From assembly GCA_020137815.1 (NCBI GenBank), contig CM035359.1, forward strand, positions 6,944,001 to 7,008,000: DNA of 64,000 nt. Direction: 5' to 3'. Each line of letters begins with the position of its first letter. Position 1 is the stretch's first letter. This DNA is from Hormiphora californensis. Its lineage: Eukaryota > Animalia > Ctenophora. The notes beneath the pieces are model-generated. The model was not told the origin of the DNA. It saw nothing but the letters and a program-made list of their open reading frames with translations, and searched no databases. Made by a program: the position numbers and the translations under genes. Positions 60,942 through 64,000 of the stretch are shown here, piece after piece.

Positions 60942-61393
60942 GGGGAGGGGATCTGTCTCTCAGGGTACTTTGTTGTGGGGGGAGCTGATATTCTATTGAT
61001 TGCCTGCACGTTAATGTAAAGCGCTCTGGTGATCGGTGCCTGGGCATCTTGCACACACACTGGGTTCCATGAGCGGCAATGGTACAGGGGGGTAATGTAG
61101 GGAACACAATTCTAGATCTACAGCCCACTGAGTTAGAATCGGTAGCATTTCATTATTGGGAAATCATACTTAGGGTGGGCGTATTAAATTAAAATAATAA
61201 CGTGGGTAAGAAAGGACATTTATAACGCATGTGTCCAGGGAAAGAACGGGAGAGAGATGGAGAGTTGTTGCAGAGCTGTAGAAGTAATTCTCTCTTGTGA
61301 ATCATCAACCGACTGTTTGCTACTCACGCCGACCCGCATAACTAACCCAATCAATCGTGCTGAAATAATGTTAACTGCAATCGATAGAAACAC

Positions 61394-61488
<95 letters not shown>

Positions 61489-62334
61489 CGCTCCCAATAT
61501 ATTTGCCGAAAGGTAATGCATAATAGAACGTGGCATCTTCCATTAATGAGTGAGGGATGGTGGGAGAGTTTTGGAGGCTAACTAAGTTACCTATAACAAT
61601 TGAGAGGACATGATAGCTCCTTTGGATCAACTGGGCTTGCGAAATTCGATCCCGGTCAAAGTGTTTGATTCTGGCCAATTAGTGAAAAATATAGAGTGAA
61701 ACCCCCGAAAAATAAGAGTGATATTAAACTGGTAGTAATTAACACGAAAACTTGCCGCTTATAACAGTTAGCAATAGGAAACTAGAAAGTTAATCAAAGT
61801 AATGCCAAACTTGACAATGGTGTGTCAGCAAAAATGAGGTCATTTTATCTCATTTTAAGTTGTCAAATCTCAGTTGTGAGTCTTCAAGCATCTAATTTAT
61901 ATTATTGAAGACACTCAAGATTTGAGATTCGAATCGTATTTGATTGAATAAAAGAGAATCCCAATGAGTTAAATGATTTTAAAGTGACGTGATGCAATGA
62001 AGAAAACATAATTAAAATCCCGTTTAGATCTTTTACAGATGACAGGTCATCAAGGAACTTAATGAAATTAATTGTAATTACATAACATTTCTCGAAACTT
62101 CTTTCTCAACAAAATAAAATTTCCGTACCATCAACAGGACCCAATCTAACTTCCCGCCTTTCCTCTTGTCAAATCATGATATTGACAGTGGAAACTGGAA
62201 TTGACACCTTATACTGATGACGCACATGACGAGACCTGCTCATGTCCGCCATTGCAGAAAACTTCTTAGATAGGCTGGCTGTGACACACGGCTCATGCAA
62301 CAACTGGATGCTCTCTCGCTCTCTCTCTCTCGCT

Positions 62335-62371
<37 letters not shown>

Positions 62372-62546
62372 TCTTTCTCTCTCTCTCTCTATCTATTTTT
62401 CTCACCCTCTATCCCTCCTAGTTCCTTTCTGTCTGGCAGCAAAGCCGGCGGCCCCGTGCACCGATCGACCCCTACCGTTTGCATCTATCACCCTGTCTAC
62501 CGTGGTCTTGCTCCGTAACGAGCTACGGGGAATCAGCACCATCTCT

Positions 62547-62643
<97 letters not shown>

Positions 62644-63408
62644 CGGTCTACATCACTATCTTTCAGTGACTAAATCCAATCAGACAGTCCTTGCACCATG
62701 TTTTTCTGCCTGGCCGCATCAGCCACATCTAGAAAATTCATAGTTTTTAAACTGTTTTCTTCTCCAGCTCGCTTTGCTTTAGTTTATGACGCTAAGGGAC
62801 GGATGGAAGTAATATAATTGAAAGAAGCAGAGAGAAAAAGGTTCTCTGCTTTATAGCTTCTATTGCCTAACGAGGGTCAAAAGGAGAGACCGAAGATAGA
62901 TTAGGTATAGGTAGTATTGTACCTCCTAGTTGAGATCAGAGACTCTCCAGACGATCTATATTATTACGATCTGTATTATAACACTGACTAGCTTTTTAGG
63001 AAGAACCTCTGCAAGTTTTAAATCGGTATCTACCAAGTCCCGTTATCACCTCAATTACAGACCTGCTAACAGGAGACCGGGGACTGATTTATGGGGGTCA
63101 CGGGGTTAGGGGAAGTGACGGGGTTAGGGGAAGTCACGGGAAGTCACAGGGGGTTGGCAAGACATGACCACTGGTCATTGACCAGTCACCAGTGACCAGT
63201 GTGATGGGGGAAGGCCAGGTGAAGAGGGGGGTTACAAAAGAGTTACACGTGGTGTGTGTGTCACGTGTTTATTAGTGCTCTGGGTATTGTGGGGTTAGCT
63301 GCAAGAGAGAAGAGCAATATATTGAGGTTCTGATCTGCATGCTAGAGTGATCATTGAATAGAACTCCCTTTTCTCTCTCTCTCTCTCGCTCTCTCTCGCT
63401 CTCTCACG

Positions 63409-63468
<60 letters not shown>

Positions 63469-64000
63469 ACCCAATTTCTGTAAAGTAGGTATCTGGACTG
63501 GTGGTGTTGGGTGTTTGGTGACACGTGTCACGTGACCCAATATCACGTGACAGATCGCGTGACAGAGAGAGAGAGAGAGAGAGCCGCGCATCTCCCCTAA
63601 GTGTGTGTACTGGAGAGCTCCCCCTCCTCTGAGTTGTGTTCCAGGTCTTGTTGACACAACTGCACGTGCAGTGTGTTTCATAGAGCTCTGAGCTGTGGTT
63701 ATAATTGGGATCACTGCACAGCTTCTGTTGTAGCATCAGCTGTGACAGCACATGGTGTTTGCACCATGCGGCAGCTGTTTACACGATGAGAGTGCACCAT
63801 ACGGTTCATGTGCTACTTGTTTTGAAACTGTTGACGTACCGTTATCCTATAACCCACCGTACGGTACTGATTATATACCGTACGGCATCATACACGTGAC
63901 GTTATATCCGATCTCATACAAATAGTTCTAGTTTCTAAATAACTAAAGATGAGTTCTGAAATTACTGCAACTATTGATCTAGCTCTGTTCATTATGGCAG

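Noticed and set aside
61590-62275. Possible minus-strand exons (MADMSRSRHVRHQYK; IKHFDRDRISQAQLIQ)
   Set aside because: The phases do not join cleanly and there is no recognisable homology, so there is too little support to call a gene.

Overview
Compact, intron-rich animal genomic DNA with GT-AG introns, (AG)n microsatellites, MITEs and many minisatellites. It is not prokaryotic. Gene content and repeat style suggest a ctenophore (Pleurobrachia-like), but that is an inference. Hand-built gene models: (1) a minus-strand HYOU1/GRP170 ER chaperone gene (25670 to <750, running off the left edge). Its 13.8-kb intron (894-14704) contains (2,3) two complete plus-strand DEG/ENaC channel paralogs with unusual pore and gating motifs. 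Then (4) OSTC/DC2, (5) an intronless AKR7-like aldo-keto reductase with one frameshift, (6) an intronless 270-aa ORF with a Bcl-2/Bfk-like motif layout, (7) an STK11IP-like LRR protein with an added DEP domain, (8) a USP48-like deubiquitinase, (9) clathrin light chain, (10) a stand-alone myosin-I TH1-domain protein, (11) an NDFIP-like Nedd4 adaptor and (12) an unidentified 4-TM protein with two candidate last exons. Mobile DNA includes a piggyBac-type TTAA MITE, a hAT-type ~110-bp MITE family with 8-bp TSDs, Tc1/mariner-type TA MITEs, Helitron-like tandem units and large palindromes. The region ~17750-20200 looks like low-quality, unpolished assembly. All homology calls come from motif recognition by eye, and no searches were run.
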